Source of the DNA: Candidatus Saccharimonadota bacterium | Lineage (GTDB): Bacteria; Patescibacteriota; Saccharimonadia; Saccharimonadales; UBA4665 | DNA length: 32,000 nt | Direction of reading: 5' to 3' | Assembly (NCBI GenBank): GCA_963718045.1 | Contig: OY970350.1 | Location: 732,077-764,076 of the forward strand | In this document: piece after piece, positions 7,362 to 16,366 of the stretch | Position numbering within the stretch: the stretch's first letter is position 1 | Layout: every line of letters starts with the position of its first letter | Notes under the pieces: generated by a model | Told to the model about the DNA's origin: nothing | The model's database searches: none | What the model saw: only the letters and a program-made list of their open reading frames with translations | Program-made: the position numbers and the translations under genes

Positions 7362-7988
7362 CTAAGGTTGAGGGAAAAGGTGTAGATTTTTCTCCAAAAT
7401 ACTGTATAGCTCATGATAATACTCTGCTATTTCAGGTGACGTTGGGATTTTCTTCTCTTTTTCTTCTGTAAATTTAGCAAATGTAATACCCAGCTTATGC
7501 CAAATACGTCCTTCATTAAGATAGTCCATGATTGCTGGCTGTAATTTATCTAAAGCATAAACAAACTTAGCTTCCTCACTCTGGCCTTTTTCGTACTCCG
7601 TAATAGCATCAGTCAAGTCCGGGAAATCTGCCCAGTTTCTTTTTAGCTTGACTATGGCCTTTCGTTCTCGATCTTTTTGGTCTCTAATAGCCTCTTTATC
7701 ATAGGAAAAAGTATCACCCGCATAGATTTCAACTATATCGTGAGCTAGACTAAGCTTAATCAACTTGCCGACATCTAGGTGGGGAAAAGAGGGTGCCAAA
7801 AACCACGCAATTATCGCCAGCGAGAAGCTATGGTCTATATCGTTCTCTGCTGTATCGACTGTAGGCGGTATACAGACCTTACGTTCTATTGAACCAAAAA
7901 CCAATAACATACTCTGTAAATCAATAATCCGTTTAACGGTAGGCTTGCTGATGGGTGCTGACTTGTCCATTAGTTTAAAATTATACAT
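7362..7988 (-). CDS. HD-domain phosphohydrolase (YfbR/HD_3-like)
   Basis: ENDIDHSFSLAIIAWFLA (first His) and LSLAHDIVEIYAGDT (HD...D motif) fit the YfbR-type HD hydrolase pattern. Confidence 0.8.
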   Translation of the reverse strand: MYNFKLMDKSAPISKPTVKRIIDLQSMLLVFGSIERKVCIPPTVDTAENDIDHSFSLAIIAWFLAPSFPHLDVGKLIKLSLAHDIVEIYAGDTFSYDKEAIRDQKDRERKAIVKLKRNWADFPDLTDAITEYEKGQSEEAKFVYALDKLQPAIMDYLNEGRIWHKLGITFAKFTEEKEKKIPTSPEIAEYYHELYSILEKNLHLFPQP

Positions 7989-7996
7989 CTACTAAG

Positions 7997-8018
7997 ATGG
8001 TTCTAACTTGGTTCGGTA
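7997..8018. repeat. direct repeat copy 2 (ATGGTTCTAACTTGGTTCGGTA), spanning the dus stop codon and the dus-HD junction
   Basis: Matches 7327..7348. It contains the last codons of dus (ACC GAA CCA AGT TAG = TEPS*). Confidence 0.7.
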
Positions 8019-8986
8019 TACTTCACCGCTTGTTCGTCTATTAGACTTAGAAGTTCATCAAAATCTTTAGCGGCCATTAACTTTTCTCGTATTTCACTTG
8101 CCCCTTCAAAGTTATTTATGTAAACCTTACAAAACTTATTAAGTATCTTGACTGGCCTGGTTGATCCCCATGTCTTATGAAACAACTCTACATGATACTT
8201 AAACAGTCCTAGTTTTTGTTCTTTGGTCATATCTTGCCAAGGACTATTTTTAGAAAAAATATACGGGTCATTAAATATCCCCCGGCCAATCATGATACCG
8301 TCTAATTTATACTCTTTAGCTAATTTTTCAGCCTGTTCTCTGCTTAATACATCGCCGTTACCAACGATTAGAGTATTAGGAGATACTTTGTCTCTAAGCT
8401 TCCCGATTTCACCTATAACCTGCCAGTTGGCTGGTACTTTGCTCATTTCTGTCCGTGTTCGTCCGTGAATAATCAGCATGTCTAGGTCTTGATTTAATAA
8501 GAACTCATGCCAGCTTAGGTCAATTTCATAAAAGCCTAGTCTTGTTTTAACGCTAATGGGCAGTTTGCCTTTTGCGCCTTTCTTGGTAGCCTGGATAATT
8601 TCTTGTGCTAAAGGCCGGTTATTCATCAGGCCGCTGCAGGCCCCATTAGAAACGACATCTTTAACAGGACAGCCCATGTTTACGTCTATGCCAGCAAAAT
8701 CACCATATACTCCAGCAACTATTTCTTTAGCGCACAACATATAATTCTCAGGTTTTAAGCCCCATACTTGGGCTATCAGAGGTTGATCAATATCTGTATG
8801 GTTTAGCTTAATCCTTACTTTATCTCTACCTTTACTCTGAAGACCATCGACGTTAACAAATTCACTGAAAAATAGATCTGGTTTAGCACATTTGGCTACT
8901 ATCTGTCTAAAAACAGTGTCAGTGACTTCGTCCATTGGCGCAAGTATAAAGAAGGGTTTTGCTAAACTGCTCAGTTTATTACTCAT
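8003..8986 (-). CDS. dus: tRNA-dihydrouridine synthase
   Basis: ILAPMDEVTDTVFRQIV, GIDVNMGCPVKDV (catalytic Cys loop) and IIHGRTR are Dus-family hallmarks. Confidence 0.9.
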   Translation of the reverse strand: MSNKLSSLAKPFFILAPMDEVTDTVFRQIVAKCAKPDLFFSEFVNVDGLQSKGRDKVRIKLNHTDIDQPLIAQVWGLKPENYMLCAKEIVAGVYGDFAGIDVNMGCPVKDVVSNGACSGLMNNRPLAQEIIQATKKGAKGKLPISVKTRLGFYEIDLSWHEFLLNQDLDMLIIHGRTRTEMSKVPANWQVIGEIGKLRDKVSPNTLIVGNGDVLSREQAEKLAKEYKLDGIMIGRGIFNDPYIFSKNSPWQDMTKEQKLGLFKYHVELFHKTWGSTRPVKILNKFCKVYINNFEGASEIREKLMAAKDFDELLSLIDEQAVKYTEPS

Positions 8987-8995
8987 CTACGTATA

Positions 8996-10321
8996 CTAGC
9001 TTGTAACATCTAGTCCAAGAATACTTATCGAGGCATCGCTAGATGCTCTCAGTTCTCGCCTTAGTTTAGCAGGAGTGCCGGCTGGGAGAACAGCAAATTT
9101 TGACAAGATTAGCCTTAGATAACTTTCTCTTCGCATCTGGTCTTGGACAGCGAGGTTAATAACCTTTCGAGCGTCACCAACGTTTAGATTTTTAACAGCT
9201 TCAGTGATACGATCTGCAACATCAGGGGTTGTAAAGTGAGGATTATATATATCGCCTACCATCTTACGCTTAAGATTGTTCGTAACAGGTTTTTCACTAT
9301 CCAAGCGGTCAGTTTTTGTAGCTAGGGGATTTGCCATTACTACACCACTACCGGTCTTAAGAAAAGTCTGAATATCTAGGTAACGAATAAGAGCTGGATA
9401 ACCTGGGTGATCAAGACTTATAACATCAGTTTCTTCGCCAAGCGTTATTCTTTGGTTTACACATTCTTGGAGTAATATTTCTAAGTCTTGAAGGGCTTCT
9501 CTAGATCTTACTGCATCCTCATAATAATCTCCTGTCTCATAGACAATACTAACTGGGCCACGCTTAGGATTAAGCTGGCTGTTACCAGGAAGACGCCTGA
9601 TAGATTGGCTGAAGTTATAGACTCCAATGAAATGATTGGTTAATCTTAGCGGATACTTAGGATTATCTAAATAATCTAGGTAGGTAATGAGCTGATTTTT
9701 CTCTTGATTTGTAGTTGGGGAGAAACCAGCTCGTGGATCATCGAGTAATGCCTGGAGCCTAGCTGGGGTATCCAGTGTCTCGGTAACCTCAGCTACGCCT
9801 TGTTCTTTATGATCAGATGTTTTATGTGGTCTAAGATTATGCATCCTGTTAGACTCAGACTGTAACAACATCATCTGATCAATCTGGGCAATTAGGTCTA
9901 GCATATATTCTTGGGGACTCTTTGTTTGATGACTTCGCGAGAAGTATTCTTTCCAAAAAGATGTGAAAAGCTGTTGTCCTGTAGCACCTACTGTTCGCAT
10001 TTCTCTAAGACTAAAATCCTCGCTCACCTCCAGTCTATCTGAACCACTAGACTGTATGAACATCGTCTGGGCATCATATTTAAGTCGCCCTGCTTTGGCT
10101 CTAGAATTTCGTACAATAGGTGATAGACCAGCAACTCTATCCAGAAACTGAGCTTGTTGCAGATTAGCAATTGTATTCTGTAGAAGAATGGAGCGCTCAA
10201 CAATATTAACTTTTACGCCATCAACAGATTCTTGTGTATCAAACCGTGAGTCTGGGCTAGTTTGCCCTGTGATTGATGATATTACAAAAAATTCAGCTTG
10301 TTCTGGTTTAGTTGGCTTCAT
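8996..10321 (-). CDS. hypothetical cytoplasmic protein, 441 aa, no recognisable domain
   Basis: Long uninterrupted ORF in the same orientation as its neighbours, tightly packed (9 nt from the dus start). No TM helix or signal peptide. I recognise no motif. Confidence 0.6.
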   Translation of the reverse strand: MKPTKPEQAEFFVISSITGQTSPDSRFDTQESVDGVKVNIVERSILLQNTIANLQQAQFLDRVAGLSPIVRNSRAKAGRLKYDAQTMFIQSSGSDRLEVSEDFSLREMRTVGATGQQLFTSFWKEYFSRSHQTKSPQEYMLDLIAQIDQMMLLQSESNRMHNLRPHKTSDHKEQGVAEVTETLDTPARLQALLDDPRAGFSPTTNQEKNQLITYLDYLDNPKYPLRLTNHFIGVYNFSQSIRRLPGNSQLNPKRGPVSIVYETGDYYEDAVRSREALQDLEILLQECVNQRITLGEETDVISLDHPGYPALIRYLDIQTFLKTGSGVVMANPLATKTDRLDSEKPVTNNLKRKMVGDIYNPHFTTPDVADRITEAVKNLNVGDARKVINLAVQDQMRRESYLRLILSKFAVLPAGTPAKLRRELRASSDASISILGLDVTS

Positions 10322-10398
10322 ATAAAATAACTCTAGTCATAACCTTCCCGCTAAAACCAAATAGCTTAATCTAAATCAGGACTAATTTCCCCGATTAT

Positions 10399-10728
10399 TT
10401 AACCAAGTATATCTTTTCGATTATTCAAATAGCGACGAGTGGCACCTTTATATGGATTATACGGGTCATGTGGCACTCTAGGTAATCGTTTTCGCAGGTC
10501 AGCACGAATCTGTTCGACATCGACCTCTTCGGCATCTATTCCCTTAGTATCGGCTGGAGTTTGCGTGCCCGTTTCGGTATCAGTTACTGGGAATTCAGGA
10601 TGTGTTTCTTCAAGTTGTCGTAGATTCTCTGCTTGAGAATCATTAGAATAAACTGGGGCATTAGGTCCAGTATAAGAAGGTAGAACTTCACCTTCATGTT
10701 CTTTCCAATTGGGGCTAGCTTCTGTCAT
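10399..10728 (-). CDS. hypothetical acidic, probably disordered protein, 109 aa
   Basis: ORF between the ABC permease and the 441-aa orphan. The middle is rich in E/D/T/P and the C-terminus is basic (RKRLPRVPHDPYNPYKGATRRYLNNRKD). Confidence 0.45.
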   Translation of the reverse strand: MTEASPNWKEHEGEVLPSYTGPNAPVYSNDSQAENLRQLEETHPEFPVTDTETGTQTPADTKGIDAEEVDVEQIRADLRKRLPRVPHDPYNPYKGATRRYLNNRKDILG

Positions 10729-10761
10729 AGTATATACTATATCACACTTACGCTTAGTTGT

Positions 10762-12003
10762 CTATTCCCACTTGAAGACTCTAAAGGCTATAACGTAGAT
10801 AACTACTAGCCAGAGAGCAACAAGGCCTAATTGAGGCCCTATTTGAACTAGGCTCTTGCCTTCTGTTGTCAGCATTCTAAGACCATCAATAACTGGAGTG
10901 AGGGGCAGATAATTAGTTATTTTTTGCAGCCAACCGGGCATTAGGTATCTAGGGAAGAAAGTACCGGATAGAAATAGCATTGGGAAGACAATAATATTAG
11001 ATAGTGGAGCCGCCTGTCTTTCGTTCTTGGCCCAGCCACCAATTGCTAGTCCGATACCTAAGATCATAAAGATTGACAGAATTACGAATAATAATATTTC
11101 AAAATAGTTACCATCTATCTTTAGGTGAAAGACTGCAATAGCAACCATAAATTGGACGAGGACGGCTACAGAGCCGGTTATGGCCTGACTAAACATAGTT
11201 GCCATGAAATACTGCCAAACTCTTATAGGGGTAGTGTGGAGACGCCTTAAAATGCCTTGTTTCTTAAGTTCCGGGAAGACATTAACCGGCCCGAATATGC
11301 CTATACCGGCAATAGTGAAACCGAGAAGTCCTGAAAAGGTATAGTCAAAATTGGTTAAACTCTTTTGACTTAACTGGTCGCCGATCGCCTTAAAAGGAAT
11401 GACAACGGGTACAAAATGGGCGTTAAATGGTTCTAGATTTGACTGTAACAGCGAAGTTAATGTTTGGCCGGCAGACTGTTCATTTTCAGTATAAACAACC
11501 TGTAGAGTTCCAGTTGGTTGGCCGTTCTTATTTGTCTGGCCAAAGCTGGATGGAATAACAATGGCTCCGTCTAGTTGGTTTTTATCCATGGTTGATTCTG
11601 CTACAGATATACTATTTATGCTGTGGTTAATCTTATAGGTTTTATTTAACTCGATACTCTTGATTAGTTCATCAGCATAGCTGGTCTTAGATTGGTTAAT
11701 GATGGCAATAGAAAATGAGACTTTATTGTTGCTAGCTGTTAGAGAACCGAAAACAAATAGGAAGATTAAGGGGAATAATATGCCAAAGAATAGAGCTAAG
11801 CGGTCCCTGAAGAATCTTTTAGTTGAAAGTTTAGTGAATACTCCTACGGTATACAGTTTCTGCTTCCACCCGGTTAGAGGAGGTTTATTTTGACTAGGCC
11901 CGTTTGCCTTTACCTGCTTAGTCTTATTCTTAAACCGTTTGTTATATACCCTAATACTAAAGACAATGACTGCAGCCGCGATTAATATGTAGTCAACTGT
12001 CAT
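10762..12003 (-). CDS. ABC-2 type transporter permease
   Basis: An N-terminal TM helix, a large extracytoplasmic loop and then five or so C-terminal TM helices, the usual ABC-2 topology. Its start overlaps the ATPase stop (TAATG at 12003). Confidence 0.85.
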   Translation of the reverse strand: MTVDYILIAAAVIVFSIRVYNKRFKNKTKQVKANGPSQNKPPLTGWKQKLYTVGVFTKLSTKRFFRDRLALFFGILFPLIFLFVFGSLTASNNKVSFSIAIINQSKTSYADELIKSIELNKTYKINHSINSISVAESTMDKNQLDGAIVIPSSFGQTNKNGQPTGTLQVVYTENEQSAGQTLTSLLQSNLEPFNAHFVPVVIPFKAIGDQLSQKSLTNFDYTFSGLLGFTIAGIGIFGPVNVFPELKKQGILRRLHTTPIRVWQYFMATMFSQAITGSVAVLVQFMVAIAVFHLKIDGNYFEILLFVILSIFMILGIGLAIGGWAKNERQAAPLSNIIVFPMLFLSGTFFPRYLMPGWLQKITNYLPLTPVIDGLRMLTTEGKSLVQIGPQLGLVALWLVVIYVIAFRVFKWE

Positions 12004-12761
12004 TAGTCTCTCAGCGCCTTTCCAGTTAGATCTATAAAGACATCATCAAGGTTAGCCTGTTCAACCCGCTGGGTTTTTTTAAAGCCTCGGCTAAGTAGCT
12101 GCTTTATTAGATTGCGCGGTGTGTCCAGGGCAATGATTTTACCATTGTCCATAATAGCTACCCGGTTACAAAGAAGTTCTGCTTCATCCAGATAATGGGT
12201 AGTTAAAATAACGGTCACTCCCCTGTCTCTGACCATCCTGACAAGGTCCCAAAGGTTACGTCTGGCTTGAGGATCCAGCCCGGTTGTTGGTTCGTCTAGG
12301 AAGAACACTTTAGGGCTATGAACCAGAGCGGCTGCTATGGACAACCTTTGTCTTTGACCGCCAGATAGCTGTTCAGCGTAACTATTGGCCTTTTCACCAA
12401 GCTGGACTTCGTCTAGGAAGGTCTGAACATTAGTTCTTTCACCGTAAGCGGCAGCGAACATTTCAATAATCTCAAACAGTTTTTGTTTGTCTTGGAAGGC
12501 CGGGCTTTGCGGCTGGACGCCGATTATCCTCTTAACTTCTTGCGGCTGAGTTGCCACATCTAGTCCGGTAATGGTTATTTTGCCCTTATCTATGGAGCGC
12601 ATGGTCTCAATCATCTCGAGAGTCGTAGTCTTACCAGCACCATTAGGCCCTAAGATGCCAAAAATCTCATCTTTAAAAACATCAAAAGAAATGTCATCGA
12701 CAGCAGGCTTGCCGTCATAACTTTTCGACAGGTTACGGACTTTAAGAATTATATCGGCCAT
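12003..12761 (-). CDS. ABC transporter ATP-binding protein (ABC-2/DrrA-like)
   Basis: Walker A GPNGAGKTT, signature LSGGQRQRL, Walker B VFFLDEPTTGLD and H-loop TTHYLDE. Confidence 0.95.
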   Translation of the reverse strand: MADIILKVRNLSKSYDGKPAVDDISFDVFKDEIFGILGPNGAGKTTTLEMIETMRSIDKGKITITGLDVATQPQEVKRIIGVQPQSPAFQDKQKLFEIIEMFAAAYGERTNVQTFLDEVQLGEKANSYAEQLSGGQRQRLSIAAALVHSPKVFFLDEPTTGLDPQARRNLWDLVRMVRDRGVTVILTTHYLDEAELLCNRVAIMDNGKIIALDTPRNLIKQLLSRGFKKTQRVEQANLDDVFIDLTGKALRD

Positions 12762-12784
12762 GGAGTTAGATTATATTAGGAAAC

Positions 12785-12815
12785 TAAAAAAGAGCCTAAA
12801 ATTTTAGGCTCTTTT
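12785..12815 (-). terminator. rho-independent terminator (symmetric; could act in both directions)
   Basis: Perfect 10-bp stem GAGCCTAAAA/TTTTAGGCTC (12791..12810), flanked by an A6 run on the left and a T5 run on the right. It follows the small gene ending at 12834. Confidence 0.65.
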
Positions 12816-12833
12816 TCATTCTATTTAAGCTTA

Positions 12834-13028
12834 TTATTTGCGCTTAACTGTTAGAAAACCGTTTCTCGGGTTTTCATTTACTTCGTAACCAGATGGTAAG
12901 CCAGTACCTTCAGGCCTTTCATCCTTAGAAAAGTAGTAAATTGTTTGTCTCTTGCCACCGCGCAATGTAACTTCCTTGGAATTCAAGAAGTAAGTTACCC
13001 CTTTAGAGTTAGTGTGCTGATAAGCCAT
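12834..13028 (-). CDS. small conserved-looking basic protein, 64 aa
   Basis: I prefer the ATG at 13028, preceded by AGGGGAG, over the upstream start used in the ORF track. The sequence MAYQHTNSKGVTYFLNSKEVTLRGGKRQTIYYFSKDERPEGTGLPSGYEVNENPRNGFLTVKRK resembles a widespread small-protein pattern that I cannot name. Confidence 0.55.
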   Translation of the reverse strand: MAYQHTNSKGVTYFLNSKEVTLRGGKRQTIYYFSKDERPEGTGLPSGYEVNENPRNGFLTVKRK

Positions 13029-13216
13029 TCTTTGCTCTCCCCTTATATTAAGTAGTATCAATAAAATACTCTGGCGAGTTTTCACTTGTCAACCCCTTTT
13101 CTTATAGAGTAGCTAAAAAGACCTCTTTTTTAGCCTTCTTTTTGGCTTGCTTACTCTACGCAGGTGTAATAAACTAGCAAAGTAAACATAATAATAAAGG
13201 GTGGAAGGTAATATCT

Positions 13217-13852
13217 ATGGATTTCTCTAACCGCGGACCTCAACTCAATATGAGTGGCCAGGGTAATAACCAAGACCAAGATGAGGTTAACCAAAGTCGA
13301 CCAGCGAGTCATTTAAATCAAACTAAAAATAAAAAACAGGGTGATTGGTCACGCAGTAAATTATCTAGAATAGTTCAGGCGTTATTAACTCTCTGTATCG
13401 TAGTAGTCATTGTTGGCTTACTTGTCTTTTTAGCTATTAGCAATAACACTAATAATTCTGAAAGCAGTTATGTCCAAACTAACAGACTGCAGGCTGTATT
13501 CTTAAGCACTGGCCAGGTATATTTCGGGACAGTTAAATCCCTTAATAACAACTTCCTAGTTTTAACAAATATCTTCTACCTGCAAACTAACGGTGGCAGT
13601 TCAACTAGTTCAGCAAGTACTAGCAACACCAAAGTTACTTTAGTCAAGTTAGGCTGTGAAATACATGCACCACTAGATCAGATGATCATTAACCGCTCAT
13701 CGGTTACCTTTTGGGAAAACCTGTCACCAAGCGGTCAAGTAGCTCAGGCTGTCAACACATGGGAGAAACAAAATCCAAATGGTCAAAAGTGTAGTGACCA
13801 AAGTACCGCCGGCACATCCGGTCAAACGACTCCTCAAAACACTACAAAGTAG
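13217..13852 (+). CDS. membrane-anchored hypothetical protein, 211 aa
   Basis: AAAGGGTGGAAGG Shine-Dalgarno upstream. Disordered N-terminus, one TM helix (ALLTLCIVVVIVGLLVFLAI) and an extracytoplasmic domain. Confidence 0.6.
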   Translation: MDFSNRGPQLNMSGQGNNQDQDEVNQSRPASHLNQTKNKKQGDWSRSKLSRIVQALLTLCIVVVIVGLLVFLAISNNTNNSESSYVQTNRLQAVFLSTGQVYFGTVKSLNNNFLVLTNIFYLQTNGGSSTSSASTSNTKVTLVKLGCEIHAPLDQMIINRSSVTFWENLSPSGQVAQAVNTWEKQNPNGQKCSDQSTAGTSGQTTPQNTTK

Positions 13853-13861
13853 GTCTTTTAA

Positions 13862-14086
13862 ATGGCCGAAGCAAATAAGCCTTGGTTCAAACCCCTAAGA
13901 CATAGCTACATAGCCTGCAGTTATAAAGGCGCCTTGACCTATATACCTTACGTTACCTACCTCGTCTTTAGTCTGCTAGTCCCCTTCAACTACTTAAGCC
14001 ATAAAGTTTTAGCCGTCTTGATTGTCATACCCAACTGGATCATCGCTAGTCAGGTAATGACTTGGCTAGCTAAAAGTAAGTCTTAA
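13862..14086 (+). CDS. small two-TM membrane protein, hypothetical
   Basis: 74-aa ORF starting 9 nt after the previous stop, with two hydrophobic segments. Confidence 0.4.
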   Translation: MAEANKPWFKPLRHSYIACSYKGALTYIPYVTYLVFSLLVPFNYLSHKVLAVLIVIPNWIIASQVMTWLAKSKS

Positions 14087-14111
14087 ATAGGGGGATAAGG
14101 AACATATCTTA

Positions 14112-14363
14112 ATGCAACCAGCCAAAGCCAATATTGATGGTGTAAACCGCACACCTCCCTTGCCGCTTAGTCCGGCTGTTGAAAGAAAACCGGTAGATAA
14201 CCAACCGCCGCCTCCGCCATCTGCCAGAAATATAAATAAAAGTTCGCCCAAAGTTAAAACTTCTGCTATGCAGACTAGCCATGTAGCTGTTATTGCACTC
14301 ACCCTGGTTATTATGGTTGTTCTAATAGCTTTGGCTTATTTAGCCTATACCAAGAGTAAGTAA
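14112..14363 (+). CDS. Pro-rich protein with C-terminal TM anchor, hypothetical
   Basis: 83-aa ORF with GGGGGATAAGGAAC upstream. It has a PPPPPP tract, then the helix VAVIALTLVIMVVLIALAYLAY, then TKSK. Confidence 0.4.
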   Translation: MQPAKANIDGVNRTPPLPLSPAVERKPVDNQPPPPPSARNINKSSPKVKTSAMQTSHVAVIALTLVIMVVLIALAYLAYTKSK

Positions 14364-14380
14364 GATATTTTTGTCTAAAA

Positions 14381-15676
14381 TTAAGAAGGCTTAAAGTTAT
14401 CTCTTAGCCATTCATCCAGACTGCCGCCGCCACCACCGGCCATAGCGACGACCATATTTCCTCTTCCTAATTGTTGCCTGATTACGTTTAGTAGCCCCTC
14501 GTCTCTTTGGGCTGGCTCAACAATTTCAGGACTAGTTAAGTGGCTAATAAGCTGCTCAGGGCTTAAGATCGGGTCTTTAGGATCTTCACGGGCCAAATAG
14601 CTTGGCAGCCAATAAACTTTAATAGCGCCATTAAAACAGTCTTTATAGTCGTCTATCATATGTATCTGCCGTCTGTTTGTCAGCGGTTCATAGATAACCA
14701 CTAGTTTCTGACCATTTTCCTCTGCCATTTCACTAGCCGCACTGATGGCTCCTTTGATCTTTTCTGGTGTATGGGCATAGTCGGTATATAAACCGGGGTA
14801 GATCTCTTCCATGCGCCTAGATAGACCTTTAAATTGGTTAATGTGTGAAATTAACTCAGTTATTGGGACATCAATTAGTTCATGAACAGCCGCTACCGCC
14901 AACCAGGCATCCCGCCGGTTATATAGCCCTTTAAGCTTAATGTCATTTATCTCGAGCGTATCATCATCCTGGACTATTAGGTTATCGCCGTCAGCATTTA
15001 AATATTCGGCATCGGACTGCCAGATAATTGTTTTCCGGCTTTGGTTAATAAAGTCGTTAAAGGCAGAGATATATTCTTCCCTGGTTGGGTATATTTCGTG
15101 GTGGTCCCAGGACACACCGCTAATTAGGCTTAAATATGGCTCAAAAGACAAAAACTTACGGTCATATTCATCAGCCTCATAGATAAAGTACTCGCTTGCT
15201 TTTGTTAACTGGCCCATTTCACCAAAATTAACCTTTGCTGGGATTAAATAGCTTTGTGGTTTGTTTAAAGCGACAAACAGCCAGGCAACCATGGCTGTGG
15301 TTGTTGTTTTACCGTGCGTACCGGCAACGGCTACCATCTTTAGGTTGCTCCGTTCCACTATTTCACGAACGAACTCATCGGTCCTGGTGACTTTAATGCC
15401 TAGGCTTTTAGCATATTCTAGCTGCTCCTTACCCAGACTTTCAGTTTCCAGAGCCGGGCTATATACCAGCCAATCGATTGGCTTATTGCTATGTGTCTTC
15501 TCTATTAAATCTGACGACTGACCAATTTCTATGTCGGTAATACCATGCGTTTTTAAGTAGTCAGTGTAGCTTGAGTTTTGCTTGTCTGAACCACTTACAT
15601 CGAAGCCTGCTTGAGCGGCAATTTCAGCCAGTGGTCCGGTGCCGGCGCCGCCAATTCCTAGAAAATATACATGCAT
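14381..15676 (-). CDS. murC: Mur ligase family, UDP-N-acetylmuramate--L-alanine ligase-like
   Basis: YFLGIGGAGTGPLA (Rossmann N-domain), VAGTHGKTTTTAM (P-loop), EADEYDRKFL, DHHEIY, FKGLSRRME and TDYAHTPEKI follow the MurC/Mpl motif order. Confidence 0.75.
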   Translation of the reverse strand: MHVYFLGIGGAGTGPLAEIAAQAGFDVSGSDKQNSSYTDYLKTHGITDIEIGQSSDLIEKTHSNKPIDWLVYSPALETESLGKEQLEYAKSLGIKVTRTDEFVREIVERSNLKMVAVAGTHGKTTTTAMVAWLFVALNKPQSYLIPAKVNFGEMGQLTKASEYFIYEADEYDRKFLSFEPYLSLISGVSWDHHEIYPTREEYISAFNDFINQSRKTIIWQSDAEYLNADGDNLIVQDDDTLEINDIKLKGLYNRRDAWLAVAAVHELIDVPITELISHINQFKGLSRRMEEIYPGLYTDYAHTPEKIKGAISAASEMAEENGQKLVVIYEPLTNRRQIHMIDDYKDCFNGAIKVYWLPSYLAREDPKDPILSPEQLISHLTSPEIVEPAQRDEGLLNVIRQQLGRGNMVVAMAGGGGGSLDEWLRDNFKPS

Positions 15677-15752
15677 TATCTTAAGTATTATTAACGATAC
15701 CGCTCATATAAGGCAATATGTAGTGTCGATCCGGTATATAATTCTATCTGTA

Positions 15753-16364
15753 ATGAAACTGTCACTAAAACAAATTAAATCAAGTTTTGGCAGTATTAAA
15801 CCCTGGTATTTGCTGGCGTTAACCGCTATTTCAGCAATTGTTTGTCTAAGCGCCCTAAGAGCTAATAACGACCATATGAATTACCTTAGAAACCAGGTTT
15901 ATGCGGCAGATAAAAGCGGTGTCAATATTGAACCGTCACTAGAAAATTTGGCCAGATATGTTACTTCCAACATGAATACGAATTTAAGTTCTGGGACAAA
16001 TAGTATCTATCCGCCCATCCAGCTAACGAATACCTATAACCGGGTAACTTCAAGCCAGACCGCTGCCATTGAACAGCAGAACTCATCCCTTTATACCGAA
16101 GCAGAAGACTATTGCCAGCAAGCAGTACCAGAAGGGTTTTCAGGAAGATACAGGATTCCCTGCATTGAGCAGTATGTGACCACTCATGGTCTTAAGGGTG
16201 CTAATATTCCTGTTTCTTTATATGAATTTGATTTTATTTCACCTACTTGGTCACCAGATCTGGCAGGCTGGAGCATGCTGGCGGCAATAGTTCTAGCAGT
16301 TCTGACAGTTATTAGCTCCGTCTTCCACTATAGACATAGACGAGACAATAAAAAGCCTTTATAA
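15753..16364 (+). CDS. hypothetical envelope protein with N-terminal signal/anchor and C-terminal TM plus basic tail
   Basis: I prefer the ATG at 15753, which sits 10 nt after TATAAT (15737..15742); the track's upstream extension overlaps murC. N-terminal helix WYLLALTAISAIVCLSALRA. C-terminus SPDLAGWSMLAAIVLAVLTVISSVFHYRHRRDNKKPL. Confidence 0.55.
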   Translation: MKLSLKQIKSSFGSIKPWYLLALTAISAIVCLSALRANNDHMNYLRNQVYAADKSGVNIEPSLENLARYVTSNMNTNLSSGTNSIYPPIQLTNTYNRVTSSQTAAIEQQNSSLYTEAEDYCQQAVPEGFSGRYRIPCIEQYVTTHGLKGANIPVSLYEFDFISPTWSPDLAGWSMLAAIVLAVLTVISSVFHYRHRRDNKKPL

Positions 16365-16366
16365 GG

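Noticed and set aside
13095-13140. Hairpin GCTAAAAAG-acctc-TTTTTTAGC as a terminator
   Set aside because: The stem is almost pure A/T, and no plus-strand gene ends upstream of it. It more likely belongs to the AT-rich promoter region of the divergent genes.
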